Virus genome (UHGV): UHGV-0384350
Source of the DNA: a virus
Reading direction: 5' to 3' (one strand)
Length of the DNA: 43,609 nt
Made by a program: the position numbers and the translations under genes. Below the pieces are notes generated by a model that saw nothing but the letters and a program-made list of their open reading frames with translations, did not search any database and had not been told where the DNA came from. This document shows positions 1-8,054 of the stretch, piece after piece. Each line of letters opens with the position of its first letter. Position 1 is the first letter of the stretch.

Positions 1-1179
1 TATTGGTATATGCTTAACAAAGGAGCAGAAGAAAAACCCTACGAACCTTACACCGGCGGCAAACCATCCCCCAGTCCAGAGTATCCGCAGGGGATAGTGA
101 GTGCTGGTGAGGGTGGTAGCATTACGGTGGAGGTGGGTGGAAAGAACCTGTTAACAGGGAGATTGTACTTCACAAATTATTCAAATGATATTCCGTATGT
201 TCGTAACGAGAATGAAGTCACCTTACCTTTTGCACCATCATTAGAGAGTTTTGGAATTGGTTATGTTGTTCCGTGTAAGCCTGGTGTGCAGTATACCTTT
301 TCTGTCACAAACCCAAACAAAAACTGGTGGCTGGGAATTGCAGAATACGAAAATTTCGAACAGGCAAAAAGCATTTTAAATAAGATAGGGTATCAGTATG
401 GGAGTGAAAAGAGCAGTATCAAATACACTGCTGTCGGAAATGGTGTTTTGGTATGTGCGATAGCAGGAAAATGGACGGACGGAAAAACAACTATCCATGA
501 ATGCACAGAATCCGAGCTATTGCAACTTGAAATCGGTTCTGAAGCAACCACCTACGAACCACCACGCATTCCCCAATCCCTCACCCTCGCCACTCCTAAC
601 GGTTTACCCGGAATTCCAGTGACGAAAGATGGCAACTACACAGATGCAGACGGTCAGCAGTGGGTTTGTGACGAGATTGACTTGGAGCGTGGGAAGTATG
701 TGCAGAGGATAAAAAAGAGTTTAGTCCTATTGAAAAAGACTTCTCATGGAAATCCAGATGGTTATCGGTATATTTCGTATGATGTTAATGATATGCATCG
801 AAATCATACAGAAATTTTATCAGATAAATTTAGGTATAATGAAGGTGCCGCAAACTCATCAGGTGATATTACGATTAGGGGGATACGAGTGTCTCCGGAT
901 TTTAATGCCATAGTTGCTTTTGAAAAAAGTGTTTTACCATCGGAATTAATAGAAACAACGGTATACTATGTTCTCGCCACCCCCATCGAGCGTGATCTCA
1001 CCCCAGAAGAGATTGCCGCCTACAAGGCCCTGCGGACATATATCCCGACTACCGTGATTACAAATGATGCAGGAGTAGGAATGGAAGTGACGTATGTAGC
1101 GGATACCAAGGCTTACATTGACAAGAAATTTAAGGAATTAAATCAAGCTATCGTGAACACTCAAATTGCATTGTTATAG
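1..1179 (+). CDS. C-terminal part of a large tail fiber / receptor-binding-like protein (5' partial; reads in frame from window position 1, apparently continuing the ORF that runs off the 3' end of the window)
   Basis: The ORF is open from position 1 (no stop in the frame before the ATG at 10). The protein has beta-rich, Gly/Thr-rich receptor-binding-like sequence. AT-rich and GC-normal patches alternate along it (mosaic). Its frame matches the end-of-window ORF that starts at 42077. Confidence 0.5.
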   Translation, partial: YWYMLNKGAEEKPYEPYTGGKPSPSPEYPQGIVSAGEGGSITVEVGGKNLLTGRLYFTNYSNDIPYVRNENEVTLPFAPSLESFGIGYVVPCKPGVQYTFSVTNPNKNWWLGIAEYENFEQAKSILNKIGYQYGSEKSSIKYTAVGNGVLVCAIAGKWTDGKTTIHECTESELLQLEIGSEATTYEPPRIPQSLTLATPNGLPGIPVTKDGNYTDADGQQWVCDEIDLERGKYVQRIKKSLVLLKKTSHGNPDGYRYISYDVNDMHRNHTEILSDKFRYNEGAANSSGDITIRGIRVSPDFNAIVAFEKSVLPSELIETTVYYVLATPIERDLTPEEIAAYKALRTYIPTTVITNDAGVGMEVTYVADTKAYIDKKFKELNQAIVNTQIALL

Positions 1180-1189
1180 GAGGTACATA

Positions 1190-1687
1190 ATGTACGATAT
1201 TGTAAAAAATGTTATTATATCAGGTGATTTTAGATTATCTGATATGCAGACTAAAATTGATACTCTCTGGGTACAGGGAGATTTGACTGAAGATGAAAGA
1301 AATGAGTTAATTGCTATTATGAAACAATATGTCAAACCGGAATCAGAAGCTCCAGAACAGATAGAATTGTACAAGCAGCTACTTGCAAAATATGAATCTC
1401 TGGATGAGCGTGTGACCAAGTTGGAAAATGGCGGTGTGACACCGGAACCACCTACAGGCGTAGAAATCCCTGTCTGGGAGCCTTGGGACGGCATCAGTGA
1501 TCAGTACCAATATGGAGCTGTAGTTACAGTCGATCAGAAATATTACATTAGTGCACATCAGGGACAGAATACCTGGATGCCGGGTAGCATGGGAACGGAA
1601 GGACTATGGAAGGAGATCAGTAAAGAAGATGCGGAAGCTGTAATATCCGGCACGAAAACACCGGATCAGGTGGTTAAGGGAGAATAA
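1190..1687 (+). CDS. XkdX-like small phage protein with a C-terminal extension
   Basis: An RBS GGAGGT lies 6 nt upstream of the ATG at 1190. The N-terminus MYDIVKNVIISGDF...LTEDERNELIAIM resembles the XkdX family. The gene sits immediately before the lysin, as in PBSX-like late regions. Confidence 0.4.
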   Translation: MYDIVKNVIISGDFRLSDMQTKIDTLWVQGDLTEDERNELIAIMKQYVKPESEAPEQIELYKQLLAKYESLDERVTKLENGGVTPEPPTGVEIPVWEPWDGISDQYQYGAVVTVDQKYYISAHQGQNTWMPGSMGTEGLWKEISKEDAEAVISGTKTPDQVVKGE

Positions 1688-1690
1688 GGT

Positions 1691-2494
1691 ATGGAGATAA
1701 GACGAGAGATTAAGCAGATAAATTGTTATGCAGGTCAAAACCGCCCAGCATGGATCGTGATCCACGAGACGGACAACTACAAGATGGGTGCAGGTGCCCT
1801 TAAACACTCCGAAGCCCATAAAAACGGCAACCTGTCCACCTCAGTCCACTGGTATGTGGATGATACGGTAGCAGTACAGACCTTATATTACAGAGATGGT
1901 GCCTATGCAGTCGGTAGGCAGTACGGTACGCCTCTGGTGCCAGGGGTTACTAATACCAATAGTATTAACATTGAGATCTGCGTCAACCCGGACTCCGATT
2001 ACGATCAGGCCCGCGCAAACTGCGTGGAACTTGTACGCCAGATCATGGCGGAGACAGGGATCGGGGCAGACCATGTGATCCGGCACTATGATGCCAAACG
2101 CAAGCACTGCCCCCGTAAGATGCTGGATCAGCCGCAGTTATGGACAGACTTCAAGGCAGCGTTGTCAGAACCTGTAAAGAAATCAGGCTGGCAGCAGGAA
2201 GATGGTGGATGGCGGTATTACCTTGGCAACGGTCAGCCAGTATGCAACGACTGGTACTGGCATGAGGGCAAGTGGTACTGGTTCGACGGCTCCGGCATAA
2301 TGGTGCATGATACATGGTACAAGTATAAAGACCACTGGTACTACCTGGGTGCTGATGGTGCTATGGTAACAGGCCAGCAGACCATAGATGGTAAGTGGTA
2401 CATCATGGATGATCAGGGCCGGATGATTGTGGAGCCGGTGACGCTTACTCCGGATCAGGATGGGGCGCTACAGTGGCCTGGACTGGCAGAATAA
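1691..2494 (+). CDS. N-acetylmuramoyl-L-alanine amidase endolysin (amidase_2/PGRP-type catalytic domain plus C-terminal Trp/Tyr-rich cell-wall-binding repeats)
   Basis: The N-terminal motifs WIVIHETDN, HWYVDD and HCPRK are typical of amidase_2. The C-terminus carries repeated GWxxxDGxWYY-type cell-wall-binding repeats. There is an RBS before the ATG and a strong terminator downstream. Confidence 0.85.
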   Translation: MEIRREIKQINCYAGQNRPAWIVIHETDNYKMGAGALKHSEAHKNGNLSTSVHWYVDDTVAVQTLYYRDGAYAVGRQYGTPLVPGVTNTNSINIEICVNPDSDYDQARANCVELVRQIMAETGIGADHVIRHYDAKRKHCPRKMLDQPQLWTDFKAALSEPVKKSGWQQEDGGWRYYLGNGQPVCNDWYWHEGKWYWFDGSGIMVHDTWYKYKDHWYYLGADGAMVTGQQTIDGKWYIMDDQGRMIVEPVTLTPDQDGALQWPGLAE

Positions 2495-2565
2495 GAAAAA
2501 ATCTTTCAGGAAATACCTAACAGACAATATTATATAGGAAGATACATCATAAAGTTAAATGATAG

Positions 2566-2587
2566 CTTAGTAGTCAAATAGTAGTCA
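2566..2587. repeat. 22-bp direct repeat copy 1 (CTTAGTAGTCAAATAGTAGTCA; contains two tandem TAGTAGTCA units), putative integrase arm-type binding sites (P arm of attP)
   Basis: It is identical to 2813-2834. The two copies flank the tRNA-like core at 2660-2702 at roughly 75-110 bp on each side. Confidence 0.5.
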
Positions 2588-2625
2588 ACTTATTCAAAAG
2601 AAGTCATATTCCGTTTTTGATAAAA

Positions 2626-2656
2626 GAAAAAACCCTTGCAAACACAAGGGTTTTTT
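2626..2656. terminator. Rho-independent terminator, bidirectional (A-run, 6-bp GC stem CCCTTG/CAAGGG, T-run)
   Basis: The sequence is aaaaaaCCCTTGcaaacaCAAGGGtttttt, directly after the endolysin gene. Confidence 0.7.
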
Positions 2657-2659
2657 ACA

Positions 2660-2702
2660 GCTACTGACGGGAATCGAACCCGTGACCTCCGCACTACCAA
2701 GG
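2660..2702 (-). other. 3' fragment of a tRNA gene (anticodon loop through acceptor 3' end), likely tRNA-Thr(GGU); putative attP core
   Basis: The minus-strand sequence reads cc-TTGGTAG-TGCGG-AGGTC-ACGGG-TTCGATT-CCCGT-CAGTAGC, with a canonical T-arm (GGGTTCGATTCCC). The 5' half of a tRNA (D-arm, 5' acceptor strand) is absent. This pattern is typical of the tRNA-3'-end homology carried in attP by phages that integrate into tRNA genes. Confidence 0.55.
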
Positions 2703-2803
2703 AAAATTTTTTTAACATCACATAGAAAATTTATTGTAATTACGTTGTTTTTAAATCATTGTAATTACGTTTCGTGTGATTATTTTGGGGTCAAACAACG
2801 AAA

Positions 2804-4162
2804 TTATTGAATCTTAGTAGTCAAATAGTAGTCATTTATGGGCATATGAGAGAGTAGCTGCTGCTCCATAACAGAAGAGGCTTCTATACCCTTGTTTTTG
2901 AAGAAGTAAGAATAAATGTTTAGAGTGGTGGATGGATCTGCATGACCGAGTATTCCAGCAACCGTCCGGACATCAATATTGTTAGCAATTAGGATGGCGG
3001 CAGCAGAGTGGCGGAGTCCGTGGGGAGGTATGTTTTCCGGAATATGCTGCTCTGGCGATTCTGCCACATACTGATTGTACATCCGGATGATTCTTTTATA
3101 TTCCCCGGCAGGGCTGCATATATGCATCTGCTTTCCATTGGCCTGTGTAAACACAAAATTTTTGTTATAGTCCTTTCCGTGATATCCCTTCCAGTCTTCT
3201 CCAAGTTTGAGGGCCTGCTGCATCTGTTCGGCTTTCCACGCTCTAGCCAGGCTGATTACATAAGCTGGGACGGCGTTTTGCCGCTCATTGTGCGTTTTAG
3301 TGTCCTTTAGCTCCATAGTACCGTCCACATAGTCTGTGGATTTATTGATATTGATCTCATTGGTATCCATATTGATATCCTCCCAGGTGAGAGATATATT
3401 CTCACCTCTCCGGTCTCCTATGAAAAGGGATATATAGAAATACAGCTTCCATTTGAGTTTAACGCGTATTGTCTGGGTGTAGGCTTTGACGGTATGCGTT
3501 TTTCCATTTTGCCGCGATTGGTGTTCACGGTGCACAACATCGATAGGATGCTCTAAGGCATCTATAAAACGGATCAGCTCTTCCATGGTAAAATACCTTG
3601 GCTTTGCCTCTTTGCGTGGTTTGCGGTGACCTGATATTTTGCCGGAGTAAATAAGCATATTCATGTTAAGCATCCCCTCAGATACCGCATAGCTTAGGAG
3701 TGCACTGATAACAAGACAGTCTTTTTTGATGGATGCAGGTGATAAAGGCTTTTTTGTAATGGGGCTGATATAATTTTCTTCCAGCATCTTCCTGTAATTG
3801 TTGATATCCTTCTGGCGGATATTTTCAATCTGAATGTGCCCCATAGCCGGAAGAATCCGCATTTCAAGACGCTTTTTATAATCGGCATAGGTTGTCCGGG
3901 CCAGAGTCGGGGGAGTCATATCCTTTAAGTAAGGTCTGGAGAGCTCCTGTAGGGTCATTCGGCCACCTTTTACATTTTTCCCGGATTTTACGTCACGTTC
4001 AAAATCCACAGCAAAGGCATTAAGAGCCAGCTCCAGTTCCCGCTTTTTCATTCCTGGATCGGGAGTCCATGTGGCGGTTTCCAGTATCTTTTTTCCAGTG
4101 ATATCATATCCGTTGCTTACGGTGATCTGGTAGCTGTTTCCGCGTTTTCTAATTGATGCCAT
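2804..4162 (-). CDS. int: Tyrosine integrase (phage integrase family) with an N-terminal arm-type DNA-binding domain
   Basis: The C-terminal catalytic motifs are HGLRHS ... LGHADPSTTLNIYSY (R-H-R-Y). The N-terminus SIRKRGNSYQITV is arm-binding-like. The ATG at 4162 is preceded by AGGAGG, so the ORF-track start at 4195 (GTG) is probably too far upstream. The stop codon overlaps arm-repeat copy 2. Confidence 0.9.
   Translation of the reverse strand: MASIRKRGNSYQITVSNGYDITGKKILETATWTPDPGMKKRELELALNAFAVDFERDVKSGKNVKGGRMTLQELSRPYLKDMTPPTLARTTYADYKKRLEMRILPAMGHIQIENIRQKDINNYRKMLEENYISPITKKPLSPASIKKDCLVISALLSYAVSEGMLNMNMLIYSGKISGHRKPRKEAKPRYFTMEELIRFIDALEHPIDVVHREHQSRQNGKTHTVKAYTQTIRVKLKWKLYFYISLFIGDRRGENISLTWEDINMDTNEININKSTDYVDGTMELKDTKTHNERQNAVPAYVISLARAWKAEQMQQALKLGEDWKGYHGKDYNKNFVFTQANGKQMHICSPAGEYKRIIRMYNQYVAESPEQHIPENIPPHGLRHSAAAILIANNIDVRTVAGILGHADPSTTLNIYSYFFKNKGIEASSVMEQQLLSHMPINDYYLTTKIQ
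2813..2834. repeat. 22-bp direct repeat copy 2 (P' arm sites), overlapping the last codons (DYYLTTK) of the integrase gene
   Basis: It is an exact copy of 2566-2587, and on the minus strand it encodes the integrase C-terminus. Confidence 0.5.
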
Positions 4163-4180
4163 AACTATTCCTCCTATTTT

Positions 4181-4195
4181 GTTGCGACGTCGCAC
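4181..4195. repeat. Palindromic motif copy 1: GTTGCGACGTCGCAC, in the integrase 5' leader just upstream of its RBS
   Basis: It is one of five dispersed copies of the TGCGACGTCGCA-centred palindrome, and the exact reverse complement of the 15-mer at 42010-42024. Confidence 0.6.
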
Positions 4196-4343
4196 ATTTT
4201 TTGGTATAAAAAATACACCTGTACAGGTGTAAGGAGGTATGGTACAATGTAGGTGTCTAAGCTATATTGTATCAGACCTCCGTGGCCTGTACAGAATTTA
4301 TCTAAAAGCCGTTCCTGTTGGCGCAGGGGCGGTTTTTGCGTTA

Positions 4344-5615
4344 TTAAGCAGACTGTTCCTGTTTTAAAATTTCAAGAGTTTCATTATATTCTTTAGCCAC
4401 TGGAATTCGTGTGAATTTGACTGTATTATTAAAATTTTCTTTAACTACCTTTTCTATATCATCCAAAGATACTTTAAAAAATTCTTTTCTTAAATTTACT
4501 CGATTTACACTTTGTTTTTCAAAAGCTTGATGTAAAGCTGTTTCAAGAGCAGGGGCATCGTCCGAGAATATCATGGCGTGTACATCAAATTCAAAGGGGA
4601 CAGAAGCACTTCCAAGTTCTTTTATACGATCCATAGGCTCTAGGCGACGTGTCATTCCTATTTTATATACATCCTGACCAAAAGAGCCAAGATTAGAAAT
4701 AATATAGACATAACCTGCACGAGCATTGGCCTCACGTTCCAGAACGGTTGCTTTGTCAGCTTCTAATTGTTTTAACTTATCATTTAATTCTTTGATTTTA
4801 TCGATGTATAATTGTTTTTCCACATCATCTTGGGTTTTTTGCATATACTGTATAAGACGATTGATTTCATTGGAACATTGGGTCTGGTCTTTTTCGAGTT
4901 TGGCCTTTTGACGTTCTATTTCTCTTCGAACCTTCTCTTCCTCTATCATTTGCTCTTTGATAGCCTTTTGCTGTTCGCGTTCCTGCTCTTTTTTTAATTC
5001 ATATGTGTAAACAAGATTCAGTTCATCTAATTTATATTGTAGGAGTTTCTGATTCAGTTGTACATTATCAACGTCAAATAATTTATTGAGAGTTTCAAAG
5101 GATTTTGTTATTTTGTTTCTTGCAGAATCAATGGTTTTAATGGAAAGATTTAATAAAACATTATCGCATTCAGCATTAAAGCAGCGCAGTATCTGTTTGG
5201 TATTGGCATTTAACATTTTTTTAGGAGAATTTCCGTATGTCTTTATAAAATTGGAATTTTTGATATAATTTTGCTCCTCCAATTTTAGAACAGCTAAATT
5301 ATTTTTGCATTCTTCAGATGAAATCCCATCATAATCAGTAAAACAATAATGCTGGCACAAAACATCACCTTCTAAGACATTGATTGCATCACATAGATTA
5401 TTGTAGTCTGTTTTTTTATTATCAATTTCCTTTTCAAGATTAGTGATTTTATTATTTAAGGAATCGATATCCCCATATTTTTTTTCCAGTTTATTATTTT
5501 CAATCATTTGTAATGTGAGCAATACTATTCCTACAATAATAGAAATAATAGAGGGCCAAAACATAAATAGAATACAAATAAACCATGTTTGAAGATACCA
5601 CTTTCTTTTTTTCAT
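4344..5615 (-). CDS. Membrane-anchored coiled-coil protein with a C-terminal T5orf172/MUG113 (GIY-YIG superfamily)-like domain (DUF4041-type architecture)
   Basis: The N-terminus is a transmembrane segment, followed by a long charged coiled-coil region. The C-terminal motifs are GYVYIISN...YKIGMTRR...R..ELG. The gene sits between int and immA, a typical cargo slot. An AGAGG RBS precedes the ATG at 5615. Confidence 0.55.
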   Translation of the reverse strand: MKKRKWYLQTWFICILFMFWPSIISIIVGIVLLTLQMIENNKLEKKYGDIDSLNNKITNLEKEIDNKKTDYNNLCDAINVLEGDVLCQHYCFTDYDGISSEECKNNLAVLKLEEQNYIKNSNFIKTYGNSPKKMLNANTKQILRCFNAECDNVLLNLSIKTIDSARNKITKSFETLNKLFDVDNVQLNQKLLQYKLDELNLVYTYELKKEQEREQQKAIKEQMIEEEKVRREIERQKAKLEKDQTQCSNEINRLIQYMQKTQDDVEKQLYIDKIKELNDKLKQLEADKATVLEREANARAGYVYIISNLGSFGQDVYKIGMTRRLEPMDRIKELGSASVPFEFDVHAMIFSDDAPALETALHQAFEKQSVNRVNLRKEFFKVSLDDIEKVVKENFNNTVKFTRIPVAKEYNETLEILKQEQSA

Positions 5616-5657
5616 ACCACATACCTCTTTTGCTTTTATTTATTAAAACGCCATTGG

Positions 5658-6107
5658 CTATTTTAATCTCAATTCAATCAATTCTTTTTGATAACCCAAT
5701 ACACGTGCTGCCTGTTCGATCGTATAGTCCTGATATCTGAAATATTCATATAGAACTTCATCGGAAATTAAAAATTCAACGGCAAATTTGTTGGCTTCCT
5801 GCTCTTTACGCGAATTAAGAAAGAGAGTTTTATGCTTTATGAAATAGCAGTTTTCACGAGGGTGAAGAATTGCATGACCTAATTCATGCGCCATGACAAA
5901 TAAGCGCTCATTTCCTTCAAGATTTTCATTTATCCAGATACATTTATTACGCTTTAGATACATATAGCATCCTGATCGCGTGCCGATATCACCAATTGCA
6001 ACTTCAATTCCGAGTGCTTCAGCTAAAGTAAAAGGATCGTTTGTCTGATATTTTTTTATGTAATAAGCAACTTTCTTTTTAATCGTGTTATTCAAGGCTG
6101 GACTCAC
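5658..6107 (-). CDS. immA: ImmA/IrrE-family zinc metallopeptidase (DUF955; anti-repressor protease partner of the CI-like repressor)
   Basis: It has an HEXXH motif (HELGH). It lies immediately downstream of, and translationally coupled to, the XRE repressor, and has a GTG start at 6107. Confidence 0.85.
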   Translation of the reverse strand: MSPALNNTIKKKVAYYIKKYQTNDPFTLAEALGIEVAIGDIGTRSGCYMYLKRNKCIWINENLEGNERLFVMAHELGHAILHPRENCYFIKHKTLFLNSRKEQEANKFAVEFLISDEVLYEYFRYQDYTIEQAARVLGYQKELIELRLK

Positions 6108-6533
6108 CTACTTTTTATTTTTGTTGCCATATTTTACTTTGTTCTTTACTTTTAATCTATGTAACATAAGATCCACTTGGCCTAAAAAGAGTTCGATATC
6201 ATCATCAGGTATATCTTCCCCATCATACGCAGCAGGCCCTAAATCTTTATTAAGTAATTTTTCTCTTAGCGAATCAAGATCCTTTTTTATATCTCTTTCA
6301 TCTCTGGCGGTTAACATAGGGGGCTTTTCTTTTATCATATCATTATTTCCAGTTGTTAGATAGTCTAATGTTACGCCAAAATAGTCAGCTATCTTTTGCA
6401 GCTTATCATTTTTAGGTTTACTTCGCCCACTTTTCCAATCAGAGAAAGTAGATTTTGTAATTCCGGTTGCTTTTACAACGTCAGAATCTTTAACACCTTT
6501 TTCATTTCGTAACTTGCAATAAATTTCGTACAT
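6108..6533 (-). CDS. XRE-family HTH transcriptional repressor (CI-like lysogeny repressor)
   Basis: The N-terminal HTH is ATGITKSTFSDWKSGRSKP. An AAGGAG RBS precedes the ATG at 6533, so the ORF-track start at 6581 is probably too far upstream. It is divergent from the cro-like gene. Confidence 0.85.
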   Translation of the reverse strand: MYEIYCKLRNEKGVKDSDVVKATGITKSTFSDWKSGRSKPKNDKLQKIADYFGVTLDYLTTGNNDMIKEKPPMLTARDERDIKKDLDSLREKLLNKDLGPAAYDGEDIPDDDIELFLGQVDLMLHRLKVKNKVKYGNKNKK

Positions 6534-6549
6534 AATGAACTCCTTAAAA

Positions 6550-6713
6550 GTTTGAAAATCCGTACAAAAAACTATTGACAAGTTCTGAAATCCGTCTTAT
6601 AATACAAATACAAAGTTCGGAAATCAAAACAGCCAAGTGTTGTTTGTTATTTTATGTCTGGTAAATGTATTATAACTGATTTCCGAACTAAAATCAATAG
6701 AAAAGTTCGGAAA
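6550..6713. promoter_or_regulatory. Lysis/lysogeny switch region with divergent sigma70-like promoters and repeated operator half-sites
   Basis: The plus-strand promoter has a TTGACA at 6575-6580, a 17-nt spacer and a TATAAT at 6598-6603. The minus-strand promoter has a TTGATT at 6697-6692 and a TATAAT at 6674-6669. Operator-like repeats AGTTCGGAAAT occur at 6614-6624 and 6703-6713, with the inverse ATTTCCGAACT at 6679-6689, and a related TGAAA(A)TCCGT unit appears twice at 6553-6594. Confidence 0.6.
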
Positions 6714-6723
6714 GGAGAAAAAT

Positions 6724-6924
6724 ATGTATGAAAAATATGTTACATTACGAGATAAAAGAAATGTGACAGATTACAGAGTATCAATAGATACTGGAATTAC
6801 GAAGTCTACTTTTTCTGATTGGAAGAGTGGTCGAAGTAATCCAAAACTGGATAAACTTCTTATCCTCGCCAAGTATTTTGATGTTCCGGTGGAGTATTTC
6901 GCAGAGACTGAGGACGGGAGGTGA
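6724..6924 (+). CDS. Cro-like XRE-family HTH regulator
   Basis: The 66-aa protein has the HTH TGITKSTFSDWKSGRSNPK, nearly identical to the recognition helix of the divergent repressor. An RBS GGAGAAAAATATG precedes it. Confidence 0.75.
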   Translation: MYEKYVTLRDKRNVTDYRVSIDTGITKSTFSDWKSGRSNPKLDKLLILAKYFDVPVEYFAETEDGR

Positions 6925-6928
6925 GAGT

Positions 6929-7249
6929 ATGAGTTCCATTCCAAAAATGAGAGGGATTAACGAGTGTTATGAGTGGTTGAAAAAACAGGACCCGGAAACC
7001 CAGATCACAAAATGGTGCTTCCGAAATCTTGTGAACAAAGGAATCATCCCATCCAGTAGAAGTGGGAGGTGTATTCTTATTAACCAGGATATGCTTCCAG
7101 AGTATTTGAGCCGTTGGGCCGAAAACATGGAAAAGGAAGCAGAGGTTATAAGAGAACAGGCAGAAGCAGAAAAAGAACAGGTTCTTCCAAGAGCTTCTGC
7201 GGAACAACTGCCGCACAGTGGCAAATATGGACAAATTAGAGCTATATGA
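6929..7249 (+). CDS. Putative excisionase/HTH_17-like DNA-binding protein
   Basis: An RBS GGAGG precedes the ATG at 6929. The motif ITKWCFRNLVNKGIIPSSRSGRCILINQDMLPEYL resembles the Xis/MerR-type winged HTH. Confidence 0.4.
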   Translation: MSSIPKMRGINECYEWLKKQDPETQITKWCFRNLVNKGIIPSSRSGRCILINQDMLPEYLSRWAENMEKEAEVIREQAEAEKEQVLPRASAEQLPHSGKYGQIRAI

Positions 7250-7269
7250 GGCAATGAGAGGAGAAGAAA

Positions 7270-7494
7270 ATGCAATCAGAAGCAATTAGGTGCCAGCCCC
7301 CAGTGGAGGGCGTTGTAGTCACTCAGGAGGAAGAGGATCAGATTCTGAAGCTGGGCCGGATCATGAGGGAACAGCTGGATCAGAGCCATAAGGATGTGCG
7401 GCTGTTCGGCAGGATGTCTACGGCGATGGCGTTCCTGCTGGGCGTAGAATCAGCGGTGCTGTTTTTGATGGCTACCGGAATAATAGCACTGTGA
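7270..7494 (+). CDS. Hypothetical small protein with a C-terminal hydrophobic segment
   Basis: It has an RBS GAGAGGAG and sits in the early operon. Confidence 0.35.
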   Translation: MQSEAIRCQPPVEGVVVTQEEEDQILKLGRIMREQLDQSHKDVRLFGRMSTAMAFLLGVESAVLFLMATGIIAL

Positions 7495-7686
7495 GAGGAG
7501 GTGAGGACGATGGACAAGGATGCTTGCGGCACTTGCCATAATAAGAACCGGTGCATAGAACGGAGCAGGTTGTATCCGTGCCTGAGTTACAAGAAGAAAA
7601 AGGACCTGCACAGCGGCAACTGTGTTAGGTCCGGAAACTAAAAATCAACACCCTCTATTATGAGGGAGAACCGAGGGAAAATCAAG

Positions 7687-7896
7687 ATGGCAAACCGAAA
7701 AAACGATGTTTTTTGCGCAGACAACCAGTATGAGGAAGCCCTGATGCTTATGGGGCGGGTCAATGCGCTGGCTGGAATCATTAAGGCAAGCAGGTATACG
7801 ATGATCGAATGTGAGACTGTGGCGGCAGTATTGGGGTTCGATTTGGGTGCTGAATGCGACGAGAAGAAGGAGAAAGAATGTACTATAAAGGAATAG
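7687..7896 (+). CDS. Hypothetical protein
   Basis: There is a good RBS before the ATG at 7687. Confidence 0.3.
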   Translation: MANRKNDVFCADNQYEEALMLMGRVNALAGIIKASRYTMIECETVAAVLGFDLGAECDEKKEKECTIKE

Positions 7897-8054
7897 GCCC
7901 TGAGGCTGGGACGATCGTAGAAGAAGATCAGGCATATCAGTACGCTTTGGAGCGCTGTCTGCATGGGACGTTGGAAGAACAGAAAGAATTTAAGGAAGCA
8001 CTGGTAGAGTGGTATTATTCCGGGAACTGGGATGAGATAGAGGAGGAAATATGA
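7878..8054 (+). CDS. Hypothetical acidic small protein
   Basis: There is an RBS AAGGAGAAAG before the ATG at 7878. Confidence 0.3.
   Translation: MYYKGIGPEAGTIVEEDQAYQYALERCLHGTLEEQKEFKEALVEWYYSGNWDEIEEEI

Noticed and set aside
1-2800. The alternative reading that positions 1-2800 are the tail end of a separate upstream prophage arranged in tandem with a second prophage
   Set aside because: The end-of-window ORF joins the start-of-window ORF in frame, and a shared AT-rich patch spans the junction. The arm repeats and core also form a complete attP around the integrase stop. Without flanking sequence this remains a possibility, but it is less parsimonious.
4163-4195. The upstream GTG start (4195) given for the integrase in the ORF track
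   Set aside because: The ATG at 4162 is preceded by a perfect AGGAGG RBS. The extra N-terminal residues would be translated through the palindromic motif and the RBS itself.
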